A stretch of DNA of 62,024 bases, counting the filler, from Choristocarpus tenellus KU-1152 (lineage: Eukaryota; Protista; Phaeophyceae): the NCBI GenBank assembly GCA_964200185.2. It is 11 parts of 11 records of this genome, joined end to end, with 100 filler letters (N's around TTAATTAATTAA, not from the genome) between each part and the next. Parts side by side here need not be neighbours in the genome. Positions count along the whole stretch, not along the records: positions 12,028 to 15,054 come from CAXNAD020022845.1; positions 15,155 to 19,933 come from CAXNAD020013092.1; positions 20,034 to 23,182 come from CAXNAD020021960.1; 8 more parts are not named here. One strand, given 5' to 3'. The notes beneath the pieces are model-generated. The model did not search any database. It saw only the letters and a list, made by a program, of their open reading frames with translations, and was not told the DNA's origin. Position numbers and translations under genes: made by a program. Below, piece after piece: positions 12,167-23,282 of the stretch; the stretch's first letter is position 1, and each line of letters starts with the position of its first letter.

Positions 12167-14669
12167 CAAGAGGCACAGCGATTGCAGCTGCTTCAGGTTC
12201 AACAGGCACAGCAGCAGGCCTTGCATGCACAACAACAGCAGCAACAGGTCAGTTGTCATTTGTCACTTCCATGCTTGTCCTCTCTGTCAGTAGCGAGAAT
12301 TTGTGTGAATACCTAAAGCAATCCATCTTGTACCTAGCAAGGAAATGCTTTCTGCTGAATGGTGTGGCTTTAGTGTTTATTTGTCCAATGTTCCCAAATA
12401 GCATCCCTGTGACATGATCCCATCCCCACCCCTCCTTTGCTCGACCTGTTAATTTTGAACAGAATCACTTCAAGAGGCTGCAGCTACAGCAGCAACAGCT
12501 CCCAGGGTCAGAGGTAGGAAGGGATTGGGAATGACCTTGATGTGTATGTGGGGGGGGGGCACTGGTAGTGCCGTGTTTATGGCTGCTGCTACTGGCAACT
12601 TTTCATTGAAAGGAAGACCTCTCTCTTGTATACTACTATCTTATTTGATGCTTGATGAACAGTCTATGGGTCACCTAGCAAATTTTACAAAATCTGATCT
12701 CTCTTGTGACTTGCAGTGGTGCCCTGTGGTGTGTTGTTTCCAGTCAACCCAGCAATGCGGTTGGACTATAGAGATGTTGATATGTCTGTTTCTATGCCCC
12801 CCCACCCCCCTTATCTGTTGGTTTTTCCAGGGAAGTGTAGTACCAATGCAGATGGCTATGGGGGGGGTGGGAGGGGGGATAACTCCCGCTGCTGCTGACC
12901 TGCAGGGCATGACAGAGATGCAATTGCAGGTATCTATTACCACATGACCCTCAATTATTCTGTTGATTTTCTAGGTCCAACACAGTGGCGAGTCTATGGC
13001 ATGGATCCATGGTTGTTGGGCAATAGTGCAATGCTAAGTAGCAAACTATTCTTCTGGGACATGTTTCTGTTGTATCATCACCTGGTGTTGGGAGGTTGGG
13101 AAGGGAACTGCTCACTATTGCACCATCAGTGGTACATTCATTGCAGGGTAATGAGTTGATACGCTGGCAAGTATGTAGGGTTAGGGTTAGGGTTATCCCT
13201 TCAGCTACGATGTAGAAGGTTTGAAAATCAACCTCAACCTGAAGTATTTGGCATGTGTTGTGAGGCAAATGTGCTTGTAGTCTTCCGATGCTCACCATAC
13301 TCAACCTCCCAAGAATGTTCAAGACATGATAGGCTGTGCTGCAATATGGAAACCCCGAAGTCCTTCACAACAATGCTGTATTGCACTGCCCTTCCACTGC
13401 TCCCTTGATTGCTCTGCTGGCATAAGTGTGTGTGTGTGTTTTTTTAATGATTGCAATCTGATACCGTTTTTTCTTTCTTTTTTTATTAAATTTGTCTTTG
13501 GTGGTACGGTACACAACGCTGTGATTCTTCACTTGATTTTTATTTATTTTTTCCTTGTGTGTGCACGTACTTTTTTGGACGTGCATTTTTTTTTTCTTCT
13601 GTATTTGATTTCTCTCAGGGTCTCTACGCTGCGTCTGGGGGTTACTACATGGGGACAGGGGGGCAGGCGTTACCGATGCATGTGGCTCCAGTGGCAGAGG
13701 TGAATGGCATGGGATCATGGTACCCCGAGCAGCACTCCAGTCCTGTCCCGGTAATAATATGTTAGGGTTAGGGTTGATTGATTTGTCACAAATTAGTTTG
13801 AAGTACAGAGGAATGATATCTTTGAAAATAAAAATAAAAGGTGCAGATATATTGTCGAGGTGGAAGAGCAGCATAGAACCTGGGGTTAGAAAGATAATAT
13901 AAAGGGGAGTAGAAACGATATATAGGGGACCTCATGTGGGGTGAGTGAGGCGGATTGATGAGTCAAGCCCCCTGGGGATGAAGATAATAAAATAGAAGAG
14001 TGCAGTTCAAGGGAGACTGTTCTTGGTTCAAGAAGGGGCTCATGTCTGTGTGCACTTGATTGAGAGGGTTTAGGTTGAGTCTTTGTACCGCCTGATAAAT
14101 GCAGGCTACTATCATCAACACCAAGGTGAGTGTATCCTAGGCTATGGAAAGAACTGAGTTCCCTGTGCCTCCAAAGATGAGAAGGAGAAGTTCGGCAGTC
14201 ACAATTACACACGGTTAGCGACTGAAGTCACTTTTGCATAACGGGCTGTGACTGCTTCTACTTCAGTGGTGTGCCAGGCAACCATGGAGTATTTATCTCC
14301 AACCTCCATGCATTTGCGCCACCTGTTTTGAGTCTTCTGGTAGAAAAACCCACTAACTCCTCCGCTGTGCTGCTGAAAGCCTTACACTTGTAGAGAAGAC
14401 TCAAAGATGAGGTGCAGATGTGTGAAGGATTGGGCAAAATACTTTTGTGGATGCTTGACACTCTGATGAGGTATCAAAGCTGTCACAGCCTATTGCACTG
14501 CATTGGCCTTGGTCACCAACCACATGTGATGAGTCAGGGCTCAGGGCATTGTAGGGTTGTGGGATCTACAGATCCGGAGGCTATGTAAGATATCTGTAGA
14601 TGAGGGTTGATGTTGTGTATGATTGTTGCTTATTTATTTGGTGGTTATTCTCATCCCCTGCAGGTGTGA
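12167..14669 (+). CDS. Gln/Gly/Met-rich low-complexity protein, 3' exons
   Basis: Phase-0 exons 12167-12247 (QEAQRLQLLQVQQAQQQ...), 12463-12513, 12831-12929 and 13619-13750, plus a probable terminal micro-exon 14664-14669 (V*). All have polypyrimidine-AG acceptors, and the internal exons have GT donors. Confidence 0.7.
14240..14494. mobile_element. Possible degenerate intronic MITE
   Basis: Inverted pairs GGCTGTGACTGCTT / AAGCTGTCACAGCC at the ends and GAGTCTTCT / AGAAGACTC internally. Confidence 0.35.
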
Positions 14670-15162
14670 TGATCTTGATGGTGTTGTTTACCCTTCTTTG
14701 AATTGTGTGTGTGTGTGTGTGTGTGTGTGAAATAGTCTTTTATTGATGTCTTTCAGTCTATTTTTGAACAGGACTGAGTGTGTTCTCACAATGCCTTTTT
14801 GGTGTGCATGTAATTTTTTTTCATTAAACATTCCAGAGAATGTACTTTTAGTAGAATTAGTCGTGCTCTCACCAAATTATTAGGTGGAGAGATCTGAGTT
14901 GTACACCACACCGAATCATATTATTTTTGGAGGAGTGTAGGGTTTTTTTTTCTGCTTGGAAAAAAATGGATGTTTTTCTTTTGTAGACTTTTCTTTATTT
15001 TTTACAAATTGAACGCCCCTTTTTGTCCTTGTATCTCATTGTTTTGCGGTGGGGNNNNNNNNNNNNNNNNNNNNNNNNNNNNNNNNNNNNNNNNNNNNTT
15101 AATTAATTAANNNNNNNNNNNNNNNNNNNNNNNNNNNNNNNNNNNNNNNNNNNNAACAGGGA

Positions 15163-15202
<40 letters not shown>

Positions 15203-15363
15203 TCACTTGCTGGCATGTATTTAGCTCATGCAACACACTCTGTGCTCACTACTGTACCCTGGTTCAGCTTTGTGTTTGTAACCCTATGAACAGAAAAAAA
15301 AATACTCCCTCAATTGTTGCAGAAGAGGGGTGCTGCAACATACATAGATCGGCACTTTCACAC

Positions 15364-16336
15364 CTTGCCGAGTCTGGAAACTCCGTTGTCTCCGGATCTC
15401 CCAAAAAGACATTTCCATTTCCTGTGTATTGCCCTGGGAGCAGTCTTAGCTCTGGTGAAACCTCTCCACCCCCACCGCTGGCAGGAATTGCTAGCAGAGC
15501 ACTTCCAAACACAAGGCGGAATTGGGGGGATGGAATGCTTTTGGTTAAAATATGTGTGGGTAGAAGGCAAGGCACACACACTGGAGGTACATCGAAAGGG
15601 AGGTTTTGCAGCTTTCCCCCCTCATTTGACAAATGATGTACTTTCACTTGGGATGCTTGTGAGGAGAGCTACCACGTGATTGAGCATTGGCTTGCTAATG
15701 GGAACATCTTCACTAGAGAATATGCTACTTCGTAGTGAAGGAAACCCACTCTCTGAGCGAAGAGGGGTGGACGACAGTGCTCGATCACAGGGCTGAAACC
15801 TATCTCCGCGAAAACAGGTACAACAGTGGATGAGACAATGCAGAGATGAGAGGAGAGTCCCCTGTTTCGCTACATTTCAGCGCTCTCAAAACAATGCTAG
15901 TAGACGGTAGAGGTGGGGATTGCAAAGAAGTCTACAACAGTGAGAGTATAGCACAGGTACCTTCGATGGCCAGAGAGTGCTCATGGTATGCTGTTCCGCA
16001 GTACCATGGAGACTATGCAAGTACGAAGCTGGGTAGGTTGCGGCATCAAACACGAACCGTCAACAACGCTGAAAGAAATAGTGAGGGTAGACTTTAGTGA
16101 GTCTTGCTTTTGATATATTTTCATCCACTCTCTCACCTACGGATGTCGTCGCAAGCCGTTTCTTCCGAGGACCCGCAGGAGACAACCGAACCTCGATACA
16201 GTAGACTCTTGTCACTGTGACCAGGACGGACGTACACGGGCAAGACATCAAGCCCAGAACTGGAGCAGAGCACCCCATGATGGAAAAGGTACCAAACTAA
16301 GAAAGATATGGCAGCCGAGAGCTGATGACCAACCAT
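15364..16336 (-). CDS. Secreted right-handed beta-helix (pectin-lyase-fold)-like protein, first two exons
   Basis: Exon 16336-16137 has a hydrophobic signal-peptide-like N-terminus and ends ...SCGSSEETACDDIR. It splices in phase 2 to 15501-15364 (SALLAIP...LRLLPGQYTGNGNVFL). CG....C..I..AL followed by L.PG.Y.G.GN is typical of the N-cap of parallel beta-helix proteins. Confidence 0.6.
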
Positions 16337-17078
16337 ACTGTTGGTGCTTGTCTTCCTCGGCGAACCTGAAGTTCAAGTAGGTTTGCCCATCAGGTTGTAG
16401 TGTGATTCCTTGCTTTACCCTCCCCCAAAGAGTTAGATCGAAACAGTTGATGATTCTGCAAATAAGCGAAGAGAGAGATCGAGAGAACGAGAGAGAGACA
16501 TCACCATGTGTCGATATGAGAATGTCCGTTCAGTGCAGAACCTAGTCCTGAACAAGAGGACTTGGGGTTGATGAAGCTGTATATGATTCAAAAAAGGTCT
16601 GGGATTTTTCGCATTCTTTCCCCACAGCTTATCACCTGCACCTCCCAAACACGGGATTTTTAATCGATCTGTGTATCTGGGACAATCAGAGCTACGGGAT
16701 CTACCAGTTTGAGTTGCCTTGTTAGTCGAACCAAATTATGCAAAATGATCTCTATCTTTCCGTTTTGAAGTTAAGTTTGTAAAGTTTGCGAAGGCATGTC
16801 TCTCATTCTTCCGGAGAAATCGGCAGGGTGTATTTTGATGATATGAAGGTGGGGGATGGCTTATCCACACATCGACACCATTGCTTTGGTGTGGGTTGGA
16901 TCCACGTCCTTTTTTTGACGAAAACGTCGTCAAGAAAAAATTAAAAGCCGAGCCTCGCCCCTCTAATATTTCTACGCTTGTGATTCTACGCCCATAGTCG
17001 GCGACTGATTCATTGGCGCCCTTTTTTTATTGCGGGAGGTGTAGTTGGAGGAGTAGTTGGAGGTCAAAGGGGAAAACC

Positions 17079-19882
17079 ATGGCCGTCACAACCGTAGAGG
17101 AAGCTAACAAGCTCAAAGTGGCAGAGTTGAAGGAAGCTCTGGCGGAGAGGGGACTTTCCCAGGACGGGCTCAAGGTTTGCATTTTTAACTCGTCCAGTCG
17201 CTACCTTAACCCCCTTTCTTGGCGCCTTTTGACACTTTTCATTATTTTGTCACAGAGGCCTCTTGACCGTCCTTGTGCTACTGTCGGCCTTCGACTCTTA
17301 AAATTTTCATGAAAATTTGATCCCGTGCTGATGGCAACCCCCTCACCTTGGATTGCGTAGGCGGCGTTGCTCCAGCGCTTGATCGCTGCAATCCAAGAGG
17401 ATTCTAAGGAGGTGGTCGCTGAATCGAAAGGTGAGGAAGCCGAGACCACGCCTATGGAAGAGGAGACAACCGAGGAGAAGTCTGAGCCGGTGACTGAGTC
17501 TGTGCCTGAGCCGGTGGTCGAGTCTGCGGTGGAGCCTGCGACGGCGTCAACTGCTGAGGCTTTGCCCGATCCTGTAGCTGAGCCTGTAGCCGAGCCTGTA
17601 GCTGAGTCTGTGGCCGAGCCTGTGGCCGAGCCTGTGGCCGAGCCTGTGTCCGAGCCTGTGGCCGAGCCTGTGGCTGAGTCGTCGGTCAAGCCTGAGGTAG
17701 AGCCTTCGGCAGAGCCTGTAACTGTGGCTCAGGTGGATACAGAAACCCAGCCGAAGGCTGCACTTACAAAAGCCCCAGAAGCGGTGAGTTAGTCATTCGC
17801 ATTTGTCTTATCGCTTTTTTCTAGGTTAGGTGCGGTTAGACAAAAGTTGAGATTCTAAGACTGTTGGGTGTGGTGCACATCTGTGTTAGCGATGGAGCCC
17901 ATCAGACTGCTTGTTTAGGTATTTGAAAAGTTTCCGACACCTGTGCTAAGGAAGAGGTTACGACCTCTGTGTTGGGTATTTTTATGGATAATATTTCTAT
18001 GTTTTGGCACAATGATATTTAGAGGCGCCAGTTCAGGGGGGGGGAGGCCTGTCCTCCTGTTCTTCCAGGAAGGTTGCAGGTGCCAGTATATACACTTTCC
18101 ATTCTGGTTTACTCTCTTGTGTGCACCTTTGTGGAAATGGCTCAATCCTGTGTGAATCTTTTTCATAACGGTTGTCTGCATGCATGTACCTGTGTGCACC
18201 TTTGCCAGTATGAGTACCTTCTCCATTTTCTGTGGGCATGTGAATACGTTGGTACATGTGATAAACCTACCATCTAGTTCAAGTCGTGTGGCTAAGAATC
18301 ACATTGGTAACAGCCCACCTTCAACAGAACATTAGACGGACAAAAATTATCCAACTTTTTAGGAGTATTGAAGTCAGACCCTGCTGTCTTGTACTCCTTA
18401 CGCAAGACACCCGCACATCCTCAACATCAGTGAAAGTCAATCGATTATCATTCAATAAGATCAATTTCCTGATGAATGGTAACCTTTTCCAAAAGGATTG
18501 GACTCTTTATTCTCATCAGCGAAGATCACAATACTGAATTGTGATCAGATAGGAGTGGGTACACTCTTCACTACCTGCCACATCTGTGTTCAGTTAGGAA
18601 GGATATCTGGTCTGATCTGCACTGGCAAGCTCAGATTTCGTTCTCCCTTATATATATATATGTGATAGGGAACTGAAATTATATGGTCATTCCTTTCGTA
18701 TCTGCTGATAACTCGTTGGCGAAGTTAGCTGGTGATGGTTCAGTAGCAGAGTTTTTAAAAGAGGGCAGAAAATATAAATCTGACCTGTGTATTCTTATAG
18801 TGTTGAGTGAGATTGTTCTTACACAGTTTCATATGTAGATGGTACTGTGTCTTGTTCCCTAAGGCCCGACAAGTATACCTTTCATCAGTTGCCTGATCTC
18901 AGGGATATTTTTGTTTCTGCTGATGTTACGTATGTTTTGTTTTGTTTTTGAATAAAGTTCAATGAAGACAGGTGGCTGTCTTACAGACAGTTCAAAAATA
19001 ATTTTTGGGGTCCACATGCAAGAGACGCATGATACCCTATCTTTTTTTTTTTTTCGGGGTTAGTGTTGTTGATGTTGATGTGGTTGGTAGTGAACATGTT
19101 CACTAAAGAGTGGAAGATGCTACCAGTCTCTAATCGCCGACGAAGGAAGATAGAGTTAAGGTCAAGGTTGGAGTCAGAGCAAGTGCTTCTAAGATTATAG
19201 GCCTACATTTGGCATCATTCGATTGATATCCTACAATTTCGTTTCCCTGTGCAACAAGCACTTTTTAGGCAGTTGCTGTGTGCATGTTGTAACACCTCTA
19301 CCGCCCCTGTGACTATTCACCTTATCTCAACTCCCATTTGTCAACTGTAGGCACCCACAGCTGAGTCTGCTACAGAGCCAGTAGCAGAGGCGACGCCTAC
19401 TCCTGGCACCCCTGCCAAAGGGGAAACAGCAGCGGGGACAGAAGGCAAGGAGGACCCGCCGGCAGATGACCCTCCTGCTTCCCCTGCCAGTGTGGGGGAA
19501 GAGCCTCCATCCAAGAAGACCAAGGTACTTTAATGCTGATCCTTGCTCTTGCTGTTTTATTCTTTTTTGCTTTGTTAAATTTGAAGTTGAAGTTTGTGTG
19601 GGGTGTTAGCCATATTTTCCCTACACACGCAGGTACCTTGGTTGGTGCAATCCCTCCTTCCCTATCTGAGGGTTGTAGTTGTATCAAACTGACTTGGTGA
19701 AACATGATGTGTTTGCTGCAATACATAAAGGTAGGTGCTGGTGTGAATTGTTCTCTAACTTAGAATTCTGGTTGTATGTCTATCTCTTTGATGCCTGTTG
19801 TTGCTGTATCCAGACTGAGAATGGATCTGCTAGCAAGTCCTCTACAAAGGGAAAGATCACAGGAGACCCCAGTGGGAGAGAG
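17079..19882 (+). CDS. SAP-domain nucleic-acid-binding protein with acidic EPVA-repeat region, 5' exons
   Basis: Exons 17079-17174 (MAVTTVEEANKLKVAELKEALAERGLSQDGLK), 17361-17783 (AALLQRLIAAI..., AEPV repeats), 19351-19524 (...EEPPSKKTK, NLS-like) and 19814-19882, all phase 0. LKVAELK..L..RGL...G.K..L..RL is the SAP motif. Confidence 0.9.
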
Positions 19883-20033
19883 GTGCATTGGGGGGGGGGA
19901 ATATGAAGGGAGAAACAGTGTGTGTGAGAGGGGNNNNNNNNNNNNNNNNNNNNNNNNNNNNNNNNNNNNNNNNNNNNTTAATTAATTAANNNNNNNNNNN
20001 NNNNNNNNNNNNNNNNNNNNNNNNNNNNNNNNN

Positions 20034-20225
20034 GAGCGGGAGGATATTGCAGGAAAGGAGTAGCTAAATCCTGGCTACGCCAAATTGTTTCGGTGACTAC
20101 GCAAGTGGCATTGTCTCGACGCGTCATGCGCTTTAAACTAGGGTCACCAGGGAGATGGGCACGGAGGGGTTTGTCGGATTCTTGGGATGCCTCCCTAGCT
20201 CTCCCCCCCAGGGCGCAGAAGTAGG
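20034..20225 (+). mobile_element. 3' fragment of an RLE-type non-LTR retrotransposon
   Basis: Reads GGYCRKGVAKSWLRQIVSVTTQVALSRRVMRFKL, which resembles, from recollection and not a search, the C-terminal helix after the restriction-like endonuclease of brown-algal LINEs. Confidence 0.6.
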
Positions 20226-20679
20226 TAGATAGGAAGCACAGGAAGACAGTAGTACAATAATGGTGAAGTAACTGATTAGTGGTGGTTTTCACACTACTTA
20301 CAGTTATATAGTGTTTTCACATTTATGATATTTTATTTCTTTAGGTCTAATAATGACATAATATGCATAGTTTTCATTGGTTTTCCCCCAGACACATCTG
20401 CAAAATGTCAAGGGGCATAATAATAAAAATTACCATATATGAATAGTTTTCATTAGTTTTCTTCTGGTACATCTGTAAAATGTGAGAGGGCAAAATAAAT
20501 ATAATATATTTTCTCCTCTGACATTTCGGAGATGTGTCAGGGGAAAGCCAATTCCGAATCATAATAAGAACCCCTGTAAAATAAACAGTTATCGCAAAGT
20601 TGAAAGATATGTTTCTATTTGACTACCATCTAGCCGACACCACTACCCTCCTATGCCTCCAACCTAGCTTAGCCCTACA

Positions 20680-20868
20680 CCACAGGGCCAGGAGCTACGG
20701 AAGAGTCCCAAGAATCTGACAGGTCCCTCCTTGCCCATCTCCCTGGTGTCTCCAGCTTTAAACATATTACACGTCTTGGTAGAGCCAGTTGTGTATTGTG
20801 ACAGACACTATCTGTCGTAAATGGGATTTGACAGCTCCTTTCCTGCTGTAGCCTCCAGCCCCTCTCCC
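20680..20868 (-). mobile_element. Second, diverged and frameshifted copy of the same LINE 3' fragment
   Basis: The minus strand reads GGYSRKGAVKSHLRQIVSVT/.LALPRRVICLKLETPGRWARRDLSDSWD, homologous to 20034-20225. Confidence 0.6.
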
Positions 20869-21006
20869 CCCTACCACGTTTGTTTAGCCCAATTCATCCA
20901 GAAAACTTTCTGTTTGCTTACGGATACGCCCAAAACTTTCGAAGCATATGTTATTATTTCGAGATTATTATGTCCCTCTCACATTTTGTAGAGGTACCAT
21001 CGAAAA

Positions 21007-21284
21007 GGTTCATAGTATCCTAGAGAGGGGGTCAAGCGTCCATTCGGAACCTGTGTGAACCTGTAGTAATTTTCATGTCATCAGAGTGAATGTGTCGAAT
21101 ATAAGGGCATTCTCCCTCATCTGTGCGCCGCACCTTCCTTCTCTCCCTCCTCCCTGCCTGAACCAAATCCGAAGCAAAATCACTCACAAAACGGGCATCA
21201 AACCAGGGTATGTAACAACACACCAACGAGTCCCGAATGGACAACCTGGGCTATCCCTCCCCACCCTCTACGATACTGTGGACC
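21007..21284. mobile_element. Sola-like MITE, 278 bp
   Basis: TIRs GGTTCATAGTATCCTAGAGAGGGG..GTCCATTCGG and (reverse complement of right end) GGTCCACAGTATCGTAGAGGG..GTCCATTCGG. Flanked by AAAA on both sides. Confidence 0.7.
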
Positions 21285-21989
21285 AAAATTATAGTATAGA
21301 TACTACGTACATTATTATTATGGCCTCTAACTTTTGCATATGTATCTGGGAAAAGCCAAACCAATATCGTAAAGACCCCCCTGTAAAAATAACAGTTGTC
21401 GTAAATGTAAAAGATACCTCTCCAAAGTCTATTTACTATTTGAATACCAGTTATATCACTACACTGTAACAGTGTATGTTTTTCAAGTGTACTCTTCAGG
21501 GGTATATGCATAGTGTCACGCCAATCCGCCGAGTGCCGATTTCCAAGTCTGTAAAGTGGAAACTTCCAGATTAGTTGGCGACTTGCCAGGTCATAATTTT
21601 TCTATTTTGACAGTCGGTTGGTTGTGATGTTTCGACTTACTATGTGTTTGCCCAGTGAATAGAGGGACACAGCATTGGATAGTTGGTAGTGGTCCTGCAC
21701 TTCAAATTCTTCCTATATTCGAGTTTTTTTCCTCGCGAGTTTTTGGAGTTTTTTCTAATAATGGTCTGTCCTTTTTTTCCTATTTTTCCATTGTTCTGCG
21801 TAGTTGCAGTGATTTGTTGCATTTCTGTGTTTTTGTTTTTGGCATACATATTTCTTTTTCTTTGCTCACATTTGTTTGTTGCCTTCGACCACAAGTCCAA
21901 TCATATCGTATGTTGTTTCTTCTCCATGATAATATTAGCGAAGTATTTCGTGTACATAATGTTGCACCATACATACAACTTATGTGCTA

Positions 21990-22555
21990 TAATGCGTCAA
22001 TCAAGACCCAAACCAATCGAGAGGAAGGCAGATTTGGAACCTTTTGCACCCTAAATCATATCTCTTACCCTGTGCAATGAACCCTATTTCATTGATTTAT
22101 GTGCACCATAGTGCATGCAATATTGATATTCCCACTTTCCACACATATTGTGACGCCACAATTCACTAAAGGCTCGTGCAATAGTACAAAATTGCATGTT
22201 TTTGCCCATTCTCAGGATCCTTCAAATCCAATCAATCATTAAATCAATCAACGAAAGATCAAAGTTCGGGTATTATTTTCAGGATACTGAATTCTTAGCA
22301 AAATCCACTGACCCTAGAAGAAAATATATATACATACAGAAGGCCTTGGATGCATCACCCAATTATAGCAGTTTGTTAAAAGCTGTCATTGAGTCAAACC
22401 AATTGAGAAGTAGGCAGGTTTGGACCCGTTTGCATTCCAAGTGATCTTTCTCACCCCGTGCAATACACTCTATTTCATTTCATTGCTTTATATGTACAAT
22501 ATTGTGTGCTCAAATTTAACATTCCCCGTTCCACACACGAAGTCACACCATTATT
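21990..22555. repeat. Two diverged copies of a dispersed transposon-end repeat
   Basis: CAAACCAATYGAGARGWAGGCAGRTTTGGA... at about 22009 and about 22395, and inverted at about 36860-36910. The shared terminus GTGGCGTCA is also at about 50540. 37130-37200 matches 59477-59547 inverted. Confidence 0.7.
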
Positions 22556-23282
22556 GAGCAAGGGTTCTTTCTGCAGTTCTACAAAGTGACATATTTTTGC
22601 CCTTTCTCGAGATCCCTAAAATACAACCCTGGCCCCCTCTAATTTGGTTTTACTCATTTCTTTCAAGTTATGAACGTTTTAAGGAACAGGATCTCCTACC
22701 ACTGCTACCACGGTCTAGGATATGCCAGCTTCAACTTGCCTTGAGATGCCAAAGTGCAAGATGGGAAGGATGACCCCAAAAGACGAGCCACACAAGGAAT
22801 ACTGGGCAGACTGATGAGTACAGAGCCAAGTAAACGAGAGGTACCCAGGTTTTTGCCTTTTTTCAGTAGAAGCTAGTTTTTCGATCTTTAATAATTACTC
22901 ATATTTCTATTGAAGTTCTAAGTATGACTTGAGAGAGTCGATTTCTCTATTATTTGAAAAAATTCACACAAATTCGGAAAATATCCTTTTAATATGTAGG
23001 TGAGATGATTGTCCACCCGCACTTTTTAAAGGCAATGTTTGGGTCCCAACCCCGTTTGGGATCAGACTTTGTTCACAAGAAATTTTCTTCCATGAACTAA
23101 GTGTTGAGTGTAGGCTCAAATTATCTGGGAGGGGGTGGCGGCTGTCCGTTTGGGGTCAATTTTTTCATGTCGCGATTTTTGGNNNNNNNNNNNNNNNNNN
23201 NNNNNNNNNNNNNNNNNNNNNNNNNNTTAATTAATTAANNNNNNNNNNNNNNNNNNNNNNNNNNNNNNNNNNNNNNNNNNNN

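Noticed and set aside
18462-18542. Possible intronic C/D box snoRNA (TGATGA...CTGA with a short terminal stem)
   Set aside because: Box C lacks the 5' purine, there is no clear C'/D' pair, and I recognise no rRNA-complementary guide. Such motifs arise by chance.
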